Assembly (NCBI GenBank): GCA_963718865.1
Contig: CAVRAE010000003.1
Location: forward strand, 859,518 to 923,517
Direction: 5' to 3'
Length of the DNA: 64,000 bases
From: an uncultured Gammaproteobacteria bacterium
GTDB lineage: Bacteria > Pseudomonadota > Gammaproteobacteria > Steroidobacterales > Steroidobacteraceae
Each line of letters starts with the position of its first letter. The first letter of the stretch is position 1. Positions 9,422 through 18,590 of this stretch are shown piece by piece. The notes beneath the pieces were generated by a model. It was given only the letters and a program-made list of their open reading frames with translations. It was not told the DNA's origin and did no database searches. The position numbers were made by a program, and so were the translations under genes.

Positions 9422-9927
9422 TGGCGCTGATGCCCGTGATGCGGCGGTTTTTGGCAATGGTGATCACCGTGTTCGGCGCCGCCGGGCCGGCGTACGCCCA
9501 GGCGCCCACTGATACACACTTCAGCGTGTTTGGAGGCTCCACGCTCGTGAGCGTGGAGGCCGCAAGGCTCGCACCCGACACCCTCACCGTGCGTATCCGC
9601 CGCGCCACCGACCACAGCGCAGTCGTACCGCTGCAGGTCGAGGCGGCGGCAGCGGGGCGCAATCTTGCGGTTACGGCCAATACGGATGGCACGTTCACGG
9701 TGTCACTAAAGGAGTTGAAAGGCACGCCACCGCCCAGCCTTGATCTTCTGATCAGCCACGATGGCATCCGTGAAGTCATCAACGGCAAGCTGCCAGCGCC
9801 TGCTGCGGGCACGGCGAGCCGCAGCGCGGCCGGGCTGCTACGCGATCACAAACAGATGGCCTGGTGGATTCTCAACGTTGCGATCGTGCTGATCGCCGCG
9901 ATCGCGATCTCGCGGCGCACCTCGTGA
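9418..9927 (+). CDS. hypothetical secreted protein with a C-terminal membrane anchor
   Basis: ATGA overlap with the marR stop. Signal peptide ending AYAQA. C-terminal transmembrane segment WWILNVAIVLIAAIAISRR. Confidence 0.55.
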   Translation: MMALMPVMRRFLAMVITVFGAAGPAYAQAPTDTHFSVFGGSTLVSVEAARLAPDTLTVRIRRATDHSAVVPLQVEAAAAGRNLAVTANTDGTFTVSLKELKGTPPPSLDLLISHDGIREVINGKLPAPAAGTASRSAAGLLRDHKQMAWWILNVAIVLIAAIAISRRTS

Positions 9928-9966
9928 CGCACGCGCACGCGTGCATCCCCCCCTGGGCCGCCTGGC

Positions 9967-11028
9967 TTAAGGGGCCAGCACCAGCAGTCTGAAGGTGCCG
10001 GGCAACATCGCCCCGCGCGGGTGCGGATGCTCGGGCGTCGCCGCGGGTGCGGCGGCGAAGTTCGCCGTGACCAGGAACACCCGGTGCGTGGCGAGATCGA
10101 GCGCCATGGTGCGCGCGCCGTGCTGAGTCTTCACCGTCTCGATCACTTGCGGGGCGCCCGCCTTGCCGGCCCGCAGCACACTCAGCACACCCTCGCCGCA
10201 CGAGGCGTAGGCGAGACCGGTTCCCGGATCGAAGCCGGCAGCGTCTACGCCCTCACCAATCGGCGCCGTTCCGAGCAGCTTGCCCGATGAGGTATCCACG
10301 AGCGCCATGATCCGGTTGCCGCAGGCCGGGAACAGATGCCCGTGCGCCGCATCGAGGGCCAGTCCCGATGGTTCTTCGCAGCCGGCCAGCGGCCACACCG
10401 CCGTCACGGCAAGCTGCCGCGGGTCGATGACCGCGACGCTGTTCTTGTCCTCGAGATTCACGTAGACGTGTCCCTTGCCGTCGGACACCGCGAACTCGGG
10501 CTTCGCATCCAGGGCGATGGTGCCGAGCACCGTATCGCTCACGGCATCGACCGCGGTCACGTTGTGGCCGTGGCCGTTGAATGTGAATACCCGCCGGGTC
10601 GCCGGGTCGTAGAGTATGGCGTCGGGATTCTCGCCAGTGGTCTTGATTTCCTTGAGCCGCGCGAGCGTCTTCAGATCAAACACGACGATGGTGTTGGCGC
10701 GTCCGGCACTGATGTAGCCGCGGCCCAGCTCCGGCGCGAGCGCGATGCCGTGGACACCCTGGGTATCGGCCACCTCGCCCACAACCTTCAAGGTATCGGT
10801 GTCCACGACCAGCACGCGCGTGCCGTGGGCGATGAACAGCCGATGACCGCCCTGTTCGAACGCCAGGTAGTCCCAGCCTTCCTCCCCGGGAAGGGGTACT
10901 TCGTGGGCCAGACGATAGTGCGGGCCCGCGGCATCGGCGGCGCTGTACGCGCCGCCGGGAATCAGTGCCAGCGTGGCGAGAGTCGCGAGTGCTTCCACCA
11001 ACAGTGCTTTGCGGATCCGGCGGTTCAT
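9967..11028 (-). CDS. YncE-like/YVTN-repeat beta-propeller protein, secreted
   Basis: Signal peptide. Repeated G.HG.A....GR.Y..N...N.V.V.D-type blades. GAGGAG ribosome-binding site. The gene begins 21 nt after the nuoN stop. Confidence 0.8.
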   Translation of the reverse strand: MNRRIRKALLVEALATLATLALIPGGAYSAADAAGPHYRLAHEVPLPGEEGWDYLAFEQGGHRLFIAHGTRVLVVDTDTLKVVGEVADTQGVHGIALAPELGRGYISAGRANTIVVFDLKTLARLKEIKTTGENPDAILYDPATRRVFTFNGHGHNVTAVDAVSDTVLGTIALDAKPEFAVSDGKGHVYVNLEDKNSVAVIDPRQLAVTAVWPLAGCEEPSGLALDAAHGHLFPACGNRIMALVDTSSGKLLGTAPIGEGVDAAGFDPGTGLAYASCGEGVLSVLRAGKAGAPQVIETVKTQHGARTMALDLATHRVFLVTANFAAAPAATPEHPHPRGAMLPGTFRLLVLAP

Positions 11029-11049
11029 CCGACTCTCCTCAGCGTGTAT

Positions 11050-12498
11050 TCAATGGATCAGGCGCGCGCACAGATCGAGCAGCGGTCCCGGCAGCAGCCC
11101 GAGCGCCAGCACTGCGGCGGCGTTCAGCCCCAGTGCCCAACGCACGCCCGGCGCGCCGGCGCTCGCCGGTACCGACCCCTGCGGGTCATCAAAGTACATG
11201 AGCTTTATGACACGCAGATAATAGAACGCGCCGACCACTGACATCGCGGCAGCGATGATGACCAGCCACAGGTGGTTGGACTCCCACAACGCCTGGAAGA
11301 TACGCAGCTTCGCCCAGAAGCCCACGAACGGCGGCACGCCGGCGGTCGAGAACATCAGCACCATCATCACCAGCGCCAGCAGCGGGTCGCGCCGGTACAG
11401 ACCCCGGTAGTCATCCAGCCGGTCCGCCTCATAGCCCTTGGCGCCGGCCAGCAGAATCACCCCGAAGGAGCCCAGCGCCACCAGCACGTAGACCAGCGTG
11501 TAGTACAGCGCGGCGGCATAGCCATCCGGCGTGCCGGCGACGAATCCCAGCACGATGAAGCCCACATTCGCGATCGTCGAGTAGGCGAGCATGCGCTTCA
11601 GATTCGCCTGCACGATCGCCACTACGTTGCCCACCACCAGGGTGAGCACCGCGAGCGCCGAGAGCATCTGCGACCATTGCGCCTCCATGCCGCCAAGTCC
11701 GTAGGCAACGAGCCGCAGGGTGAGTGCGAAGTAGGCGATCTTGGGTACCGTGGCGATGAACAGCGTCACGCTCGTCGGTGCGCCCTCGTACACATCGGGC
11801 AGCCACATGTGAAACGGCACGGCGCCGAGCTTGAAGGCCACCGCCACGACGATGAACGTGAGGCCCAGGATCACCCCCGGGTGCAGCGGCGCGTGCAGGC
11901 GGGCAGCAATCTGCGTCAGATCGAGCGTCCCGGTCAGGCCGTAGATCAGCGACATGCCGTACAGCAGCGCTCCGGAGGCGATCGCGCCGAGCACGAAATA
12001 CTTCATGGCTGATTCCGCCGCGATACCCGAATCACGGTCGAACGCGACCAGGGCGTACACCGACAGCGCCAGCAGCTCCACCCCGAGGTACACGGTGAGC
12101 AGGCTGTTGGCGGATATCAGCACGAAAATTCCCAGCAGCGCCGTGAGCGCGAGTACGTAGTACTCGCCGCGCAGGATGCTGCGGCTCTCCAGATAGGCGC
12201 GCGAATACAGCAGCGCCACCGCCACCACCAGCAGCGCCGCGAGCTTCAGCACGAAGCCCAGCTCATCGGCTATGTACAGGCCGTTGAACAGCAGCGTGCG
12301 CACGGTGACATGCCCGCAGGTCACCATCAGAGCCGCCCCCGCCGCCAGCACCACCAGGGTCAGCGTCGGGGCGAGTGCGCGGTGGCGCTCGCCTGCGAAC
12401 ACATCCACCAGCAGCACATAGCAGATGCCAACCGCGAGCCAGATTTCCCCGACCGCCGGGGCAACGCTCGACCAGCTCATGAGCGCATCGGGACTCAT
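11050..12498 (-). CDS. nuoN: NADH-quinone oxidoreductase subunit N
   Basis: Antiporter-like polytopic membrane protein, last gene of the nuo cluster. ATG 12498 overlaps the nuoM stop (ATGA). Confidence 0.9.
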   Translation of the reverse strand: MSPDALMSWSSVAPAVGEIWLAVGICYVLLVDVFAGERHRALAPTLTLVVLAAGAALMVTCGHVTVRTLLFNGLYIADELGFVLKLAALLVVAVALLYSRAYLESRSILRGEYYVLALTALLGIFVLISANSLLTVYLGVELLALSVYALVAFDRDSGIAAESAMKYFVLGAIASGALLYGMSLIYGLTGTLDLTQIAARLHAPLHPGVILGLTFIVVAVAFKLGAVPFHMWLPDVYEGAPTSVTLFIATVPKIAYFALTLRLVAYGLGGMEAQWSQMLSALAVLTLVVGNVVAIVQANLKRMLAYSTIANVGFIVLGFVAGTPDGYAAALYYTLVYVLVALGSFGVILLAGAKGYEADRLDDYRGLYRRDPLLALVMMVLMFSTAGVPPFVGFWAKLRIFQALWESNHLWLVIIAAAMSVVGAFYYLRVIKLMYFDDPQGSVPASAGAPGVRWALGLNAAAVLALGLLPGPLLDLCARLIH

Positions 12499-14000
12499 AG
12501 CTTGGTGGCGATCGCCTGCATCACCAGGTGATGGATGGTGGGCTGCAAGACCCGCAGCAGCGGCGCCGGCCACAGTCCGACCAGCAGCACCGCGACGGCG
12601 AGCGCGCCGAGCACCAGGAACTCACGGCCGTTCAGATCCTTGAGCGCCGCGACCTTGCTGTTCGCCACCGGGCCGAACACGACGCGCTTCACCAGCCACA
12701 GCGTGTAGCAGGCGCCGAGCACCAGGGTCACCGCCGCGAGGCACGCATACCAGAAGCTCGCCCTGAAACTGGCGATGATCACCAGGAACTCACCGACGAA
12801 TCCCGAGGTTCCCGGCAGGCCGGTGTTGGCGAGCGCGAACAGCACCATGAAGGTGGCGAATATCGGCATGGTGTTGACCACCCCGCCATAGTCGGCGATC
12901 TGGCGACTGTGCACGCGGTCATAAAGCACGCCGACACACAGGAACAGCGCCCCGGAAATGAGTCCGTGGGAGACCATCTGCACCATCGCGCCATCCATTC
13001 CCATGCCGGCGCCGGTAAGGTTGCCGGTGTTGCGCACGATCGCGTAAACCACGAAGGCACCGAGAGTGACGAAGCCCATGTGGGCAATCGAGGAATACGC
13101 GATCAGCTTCTTCATGTCCTGCTGCACGAGCGCCACGAAGCCAATGTAGATCACGGCGATCAGCGACAGCGCGATCACCATGAGATCAAGCTCGCGGCTG
13201 GCATCCGGTGTGATGGGCAGGCTGAAGCGCAAAAACCCGTAGCCGCCCATTTTCAGCATGATGGCCGCCAGGATCACCGAGCCCCCGGTGGGCGCCTCGA
13301 CGTGCGCGTCCGGCAGCCAGGTGTGCACCGGGAACATCGGCACCTTGACGGCGAAGGCGAGGAAGAACGCCAGGAAAATCCAGCGTTGCTCGATCAGGCT
13401 CAGCGGCAGCGCCTGCAGGCTCGCGATCGAGTATTGCCCCGCCTTCACGTACATGTAGATGAGCGCCGCCAGCATGAACACCGAGCCTAGAAACGTGTAC
13501 AGGAAGAACTTGATCGTGGCGTAGACGCGTCGCGGGCCGCCCCAGATGCCGATGATGAGGAACATCGGGATCAGCATCGCCTCCCAGAAAAAGTAGAACA
13601 GCAGCGCATCGGTTGCCGAGAACACCCCGATCATCAGGCCCTCCATGATCAGGAAGGCCGCAAAGTACTGCGCCGGGCGCGCCTCGATCACGCTCCACCC
13701 CGCGATCACGACCGGCACGGTCATGAAGGCCGTGAGCAGGATCAGCGGCATCGAAATGCCGTCCACGCCAAGCCCGTAGTACGCCCGCAAGCGCGGGATC
13801 CACGGCAGCACCTGCGAAAACTGCAGGTCCGCGGTGCTGGTGTTGAAGTGGGTCCACAGCGGCACCGCCAGCGCCAGGGTCGCGAGCGAACCTGCCAGCG
13901 CGACCCAGCGCCCGGCCGCGATGTTGCGATCGCCGAGCAGCATGACGAGCACGCCGGCCGCGATCGGCAACCAGATCAGGATCGACAGCAGGTCATGCAT
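12495..14000 (-). CDS. nuoM: NADH-quinone oxidoreductase subunit M
   Basis: ND4-like antiporter subunit (WLPDAHVEAPT motif) in the expected position. Confidence 0.95.
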   Translation of the reverse strand: MHDLLSILIWLPIAAGVLVMLLGDRNIAAGRWVALAGSLATLALAVPLWTHFNTSTADLQFSQVLPWIPRLRAYYGLGVDGISMPLILLTAFMTVPVVIAGWSVIEARPAQYFAAFLIMEGLMIGVFSATDALLFYFFWEAMLIPMFLIIGIWGGPRRVYATIKFFLYTFLGSVFMLAALIYMYVKAGQYSIASLQALPLSLIEQRWIFLAFFLAFAVKVPMFPVHTWLPDAHVEAPTGGSVILAAIMLKMGGYGFLRFSLPITPDASRELDLMVIALSLIAVIYIGFVALVQQDMKKLIAYSSIAHMGFVTLGAFVVYAIVRNTGNLTGAGMGMDGAMVQMVSHGLISGALFLCVGVLYDRVHSRQIADYGGVVNTMPIFATFMVLFALANTGLPGTSGFVGEFLVIIASFRASFWYACLAAVTLVLGACYTLWLVKRVVFGPVANSKVAALKDLNGREFLVLGALAVAVLLVGLWPAPLLRVLQPTIHHLVMQAIATKL

Positions 14001-16041
14001 GCGTCAGAAACCAGCCGAGCAGGACCGCCAGCCCGATCATCATCCAGAAGGCGTAACTGTAGAGGTAGCCCGACTGCACCCGCCGCATCAGCCCGCCAAA
14101 GCGGCCCACCGTGTCCGCCGTGCCGTCGACCATCACCCCGTCGATGAGCGCCTGGTCGCCACCCTTCCATAACGTAAGGCCGATGCCGCGGGTGAGAGCC
14201 GCGAGCACGTTCTCGTTGAACCAGTCGAAGTAGTACTTCTGCGTGAGCAGGGTCTGCAGGCCGTGGAAGCGACGCGCAATGGTGTCCGCCCACACCGGCC
14301 GGTAGAGGAAACACGCCCACGCCGTGGCAGCACCGGCGAGCGCAAGCCAGAACGGCAGGGACACCAGCCCTTGCAGCGCCGCCCGCACCGGTCCCGTGAA
14401 CTCCTCGCCGACCGCGCCGATCACGTTATTGCGCGGCAGCACGAAGATCGAGTGCCCGAAGTAGCTGCCGAAGAGCACCGGGCCCACGGTAATCGCGCCA
14501 ATAATCACCGACGGAATCGCCAGCGCCACCAGCGGCAGCCACACCACCGCCGGGCTCTCGTGGGGATCACCGCCATGCGCCGCGTCGTCGTGATGCTCGT
14601 CGTGCCCCAGGAGAATCGGGTGTGTGGGTTCGTCGGCCGGGTCGAGGTGCGCTGCGCTCGTGTGGGCGGCAGCGCGAAAGCGCTCCGGACCATGGAAGGT
14701 CAGGAACAGCATGCGGAAGGTATACAGCGCGGTGACAAACACCCCGCACAGCACGCACAGGTACGCGTAACCGGCACCCCAGCGATGCGAGGCGCCGACC
14801 GCCTCGATAATCGCGTCCTTGGAATAAAAGCCGGAGAAGAACGGCGTGCCGATCAGCGCCAGCGCACCGATCCAGCAGGTCACCGCGGTGATGGGCATGT
14901 ACTTCGCGAGCCCGCCCATCTTGCGCATGTCCTGCTCGTGGTGCATGCCGATGATGACCGAGCCGGCCGCGAGGAACAGCAGCGCCTTGAAGAAGGCGTG
15001 CGTCATGAGATGAAAGATCGCCGCGCCGTAGGCGGAAGCTCCCAGCGCCACGGTCATGTAGCCGAGCTGCGAGAGCGTCGAGTAGGCGATGACCCGCTTG
15101 ATGTCGTTGTTCACCACCCCGAGCAGCCCCATGAAGAACGCGGTGGTGGCGCCGATCACCAGCACGAACGACAACGCGCCCTCCGAGTACTCGAACAGCG
15201 GCGACATGCGCGCCACCATGAAAATGCCGGCGGTCACCATGGTCGCGGCGTGGATCAGCGCCGAGATGGGTGTCGGGCCCTCCATCGAGTCGGGCAGCCA
15301 CACGTGCAGCGGCACCTGGGCGGACTTGCCCATGGCGCCGATGAAAAGACAGACGCAGATGAGGGTCAGCGCCCCGACGTTCGAGTTGGCGGTGAAGGGC
15401 AGCAGCGCCTGCGCCATGTGCGGCGCGGCCGCAAACGCCTGCATGTAGTCGAGCGAGTGCGTGAAGTAGGCGATGCCGGCGATGCCGAGCACGAAACCAA
15501 AATCGCCGATGCGGTTGACGATAAAGGCCTTGAGATTGGCAAAAATCGCGCTCGGGCGCGTGTACCAGAAGCCGATCAGCAGGTACGACACCACCCCCAC
15601 CGCTTCCCAGCCGAAGAACAGCTGCATGAAGTTGTTCGACATCACCAGCATCAGCATCGAAAAGGTGAACAGCGAGATGTAGCTGAAGAAGCGCGTGTAA
15701 CCCTCATCGTCGGCCATGTAGCCGATGGTGTAGATGTGCACGCACAGCGACACGAAGGTCACCACCACCATCATCAGCGCCGTGAGGCGGTCGATGAGGA
15801 AGCCGACCTCCATGTGCATGCCATCGCTCACCAGCCAGGTGTAGACCGGCGCGTTGTAGGTCGGGACGCCATCCCAGTAGATCTGCTTGAGCACCCACAC
15901 CGACAGGGCGAAGGAAATCGCCACCGCCACACAGGTGACGGTATGTGCGCCGGCGCGTCCGATCACGCGTCCCCCCAGGCCGGCGAGAATCGCGGCCGCC
16001 AGCGGCAGGAGCGCAATGGCGAGGAGCTGGTGCGGGTTCAT
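13993..16041 (-). CDS. nuoL: NADH-quinone oxidoreductase subunit L
   Basis: ND5-like (HVWLPDSMEGPTPISALIHAATMV) with a C-terminal extension. Confidence 0.95.
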   Translation of the reverse strand: MNPHQLLAIALLPLAAAILAGLGGRVIGRAGAHTVTCVAVAISFALSVWVLKQIYWDGVPTYNAPVYTWLVSDGMHMEVGFLIDRLTALMMVVVTFVSLCVHIYTIGYMADDEGYTRFFSYISLFTFSMLMLVMSNNFMQLFFGWEAVGVVSYLLIGFWYTRPSAIFANLKAFIVNRIGDFGFVLGIAGIAYFTHSLDYMQAFAAAPHMAQALLPFTANSNVGALTLICVCLFIGAMGKSAQVPLHVWLPDSMEGPTPISALIHAATMVTAGIFMVARMSPLFEYSEGALSFVLVIGATTAFFMGLLGVVNNDIKRVIAYSTLSQLGYMTVALGASAYGAAIFHLMTHAFFKALLFLAAGSVIIGMHHEQDMRKMGGLAKYMPITAVTCWIGALALIGTPFFSGFYSKDAIIEAVGASHRWGAGYAYLCVLCGVFVTALYTFRMLFLTFHGPERFRAAAHTSAAHLDPADEPTHPILLGHDEHHDDAAHGGDPHESPAVVWLPLVALAIPSVIIGAITVGPVLFGSYFGHSIFVLPRNNVIGAVGEEFTGPVRAALQGLVSLPFWLALAGAATAWACFLYRPVWADTIARRFHGLQTLLTQKYYFDWFNENVLAALTRGIGLTLWKGGDQALIDGVMVDGTADTVGRFGGLMRRVQSGYLYSYAFWMMIGLAVLLGWFLTHA

Positions 16042-16052
16042 GGCGGGGGCGG

Positions 16053-16358
16053 TCAGCCTTTCAGCGTGTTGAGGTCTTCGACGTTGATGCTGCGCCGCTC
16101 GCGGAACAGCACCACCAGGATCGCCAGCCCGATCGCCGACTCGGCCGCCGCCACGGTGAGAATGAAGAACACGAACACCTGTCCGTGCAGATCACCCAGG
16201 TAGCGCGAGAAGGCGATGAAGTTGAAGTTGGCCGCGAGCAGGATCAGCTCCACGCACATGAGCAGCAGGATGACGTTCTTGCGGTTGAGGAAAACTCCAG
16301 CCACCGCAAGTGAGAACAGGATCCCGGAGAGCGTCAGCAGTTGCGCCAGCGTGATCAT
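16053..16358 (-). CDS. nuoK: NADH-quinone oxidoreductase subunit K
   Basis: 101 aa, 3 transmembrane segments, [13 protein letters not shown] motif. ATGA overlap with the nuoJ stop. Confidence 0.95.
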   Translation of the reverse strand: MITLAQLLTLSGILFSLAVAGVFLNRKNVILLLMCVELILLAANFNFIAFSRYLGDLHGQVFVFFILTVAAAESAIGLAILVVLFRERRSINVEDLNTLKG

Positions 16359-16960
16359 GGGCGCTTCTCCGAGGCCATCTTGACGAGGCGCACGCGATCC
16401 TGGCTGCGCACCGCCACCTGTGCGTTGATGTCCTGCTGCTTGAGCCCGGTGCGGCGGCGCATGGTGAGCGCGATCGCCGCCACGATCGCCACCAGCAGCA
16501 GCATGGCCGCGAGCTCCAATGGATACGCGTAGTGCGTGTAGAGAATGCTGCCGAGTGCGAGCGTATTGCTGTAGTCCGCGGCACTGGCGACGCCGCCGCG
16601 GCTGGCGTCGATCCCGAGTCCGCCGCGCGCCCACACCACGCCCACGATCTCGGCGATCACGGCCAACGCCGTCAGCCAGCCAAGCCATGCGAAGCGCGTG
16701 AAACCCTGGCGCAGCTCCGCTAAGTCGATGTCGAGCATCATCACCACGAACAGGAACAGCACCATCACCGCACCGACGTACACCAGCACCAGCACCACGG
16801 CGAGAAACTCTGCTTCCATCAGCAGCCAGATCGCCGCCGAAGTGATGAAGCACATGACCAGCGCCAGCGCCGAGTACACGGGGTTGCGGGAGCTGATGAC
16901 CCCGAGCGCGGCCAGCACCAGGATGGTGCCGAACAGGTAGAACAGCCCCTGGATCAGCAT
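16355..16960 (-). CDS. nuoJ: NADH-quinone oxidoreductase subunit J
   Basis: ND6-like, 201 aa, in the expected position in the operon. Confidence 0.9.
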   Translation of the reverse strand: MLIQGLFYLFGTILVLAALGVISSRNPVYSALALVMCFITSAAIWLLMEAEFLAVVLVLVYVGAVMVLFLFVVMMLDIDLAELRQGFTRFAWLGWLTALAVIAEIVGVVWARGGLGIDASRGGVASAADYSNTLALGSILYTHYAYPLELAAMLLLVAIVAAIALTMRRRTGLKQQDINAQVAVRSQDRVRLVKMASEKRP

Positions 16961-16997
16961 GTGCGCCCGCCCGCCGCGGCAGTTGTGGCTCGGGTGC

Positions 16998-17480
16998 TCA
17001 TCGGAAAGGCGCGTCCGCGGCCCGATCGGCGGCGATCATCGCCTCGTAGCGGTCGCCGACCGCGAGCAGCTTGTCCTTGCTCATGATGTTCTCGCCGCGC
17101 TTTTCCATGTGGTACTCGTGGATGCGCGTGAGCACGATGGCATCCACCGGGCAGGCCTCCTCGCAGAAGCCGCAGTAGATGCACTTGAAGAGGTCGATGT
17201 CGTAGCGGGAGGTGCGCCGCGTGCCGTCCGGGCCCACATCCGAGTCGATGGTGATGCACACCGCCGGGCACACCGCCTCACACAGCTTGCAGGCAATGCA
17301 GCGCTCCTGGCCGTTGGCATAGCGGCGCAGCGCGTGCAGCCCGCGGAAGCGCGGCGACTGCGGAGTCTTCTCTTCCGGATAGTTCAGCGTGAACTTGCGC
17401 TCGAACAGCGTACGGCGCGTCACCCACAGGCCCTTGAGGAGCTCCGGCAGCAGGAAGGTCTTGAAAGGATTCACGGCCAT
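16998..17480 (-). CDS. nuoI: NADH-quinone oxidoreductase subunit I
   Basis: Two 4Fe-4S motifs: [12 protein letters not shown] and [12 protein letters not shown]. Confidence 0.95.
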   Translation of the reverse strand: MAVNPFKTFLLPELLKGLWVTRRTLFERKFTLNYPEEKTPQSPRFRGLHALRRYANGQERCIACKLCEAVCPAVCITIDSDVGPDGTRRTSRYDIDLFKCIYCGFCEEACPVDAIVLTRIHEYHMEKRGENIMSKDKLLAVGDRYEAMIAADRAADAPFR

Positions 17481-17492
17481 CGATTCGTCCCG

Positions 17493-18575
17493 TCAATGAA
17501 ACCAGGGTCGTGACCACGGCCCGATGTGCCAGGTGGCCAGCAGCATCTCCACGCCAATCCACACCAGCGTCACCGGGATCAGCGCCTTCCACCCCAGGCG
17601 CATGATCTGGTCGTAGCGGTAGCGGGGGAAGGTCGCGCGGAACCACAGGAACAGGAACAGCAGACAAAACACTTTCAGGAACAGCCACGGGAAACCCGGC
17701 GCGCCGAGCCAGGCGAGCCACGCCGGTGCGGCAGCCAGCCCCGGGTAACCTTCCAGGGGGCCCTGCCAGCCGCCGAAGAAAAACACCGCGGTCAGGGTCG
17801 AAATCAGGATCATGTTGGCGTACTCGGCGAGGAAGAACAGCGCGAACGCTATCCCTGAGTACTCGACGTGAAAGCCGGCAACGATCTCCGACTCCCCTTC
17901 CGCCACGTCAAACGGCGCGCGGTTGGTTTCCGCGACGCCCGAGATGAAATAGACCATCAGGAGCGGGAACAGCCAGAACCAGTTCCACGACAGGAGGCCA
18001 CCCGCCTGGGTGCGCACGATGGTGCCGAGATTCATGCTGCCGGTGGCCATGAGTACCCCGACGAGCGCAAACCCCATGGCGATCTCGTAGGCGACCATCT
18101 GCGCCGCCGAGCGCATGGCGCCGAGGAAGGCGTACTTCGAGTTCGCCGCCCAGCCGGCAATGATGACGCCATAGACGCCCATGGAGGTGAGCGACAGCAG
18201 GTACAGGAGGCCCGCGTCCGCCTTCGACACCACCACCGTCGGCGACAGCGGAATGACCGCCCAGGCGGCGAACGCCGGCACCAGCGCGATGATTGGCGCC
18301 AGGCGGAACAGCAGCTGGTTCGACTTGGTCGGAACGACGACCTCTTTCATGAGCAGCTTGAAGACGTCGGCAAACGGCTGCCCGAGTCCCGGCGCGAGAC
18401 CGAATATGCGCACCCGGTTAGGCCCACGGCGCAGCTGCATCCAGCCGATGACCTTGCGCTCCCACAAGGTGAGGAGCGCGACGCACACGATCAGCACCAC
18501 GGTAATGACGAGAATCCACACGGTGGACTGCCCGTAGTCCGGGAGCGCGAGCCAGAGGTTGCTGAGCTTGTGCAT
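17493..18575 (-). CDS. nuoH: NADH-quinone oxidoreductase subunit H
   Basis: ND1-like; [23 protein letters not shown] motif. Confidence 0.95.
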   Translation of the reverse strand: MHKLSNLWLALPDYGQSTVWILVITVVLIVCVALLTLWERKVIGWMQLRRGPNRVRIFGLAPGLGQPFADVFKLLMKEVVVPTKSNQLLFRLAPIIALVPAFAAWAVIPLSPTVVVSKADAGLLYLLSLTSMGVYGVIIAGWAANSKYAFLGAMRSAAQMVAYEIAMGFALVGVLMATGSMNLGTIVRTQAGGLLSWNWFWLFPLLMVYFISGVAETNRAPFDVAEGESEIVAGFHVEYSGIAFALFFLAEYANMILISTLTAVFFFGGWQGPLEGYPGLAAAPAWLAWLGAPGFPWLFLKVFCLLFLFLWFRATFPRYRYDQIMRLGWKALIPVTLVWIGVEMLLATWHIGPWSRPWFH

Positions 18576-18590
18576 CGGGAAGCCGCGGCC

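Noticed and set aside
14263-16203. 646-aa ORF on the plus strand (Arg/His/Asp/Gly-rich)
   Set aside because: It lies entirely antisense to the strongly conserved nuoL gene. Its composition is typical of the shadow frames of GC-rich coding DNA. No motif was found.
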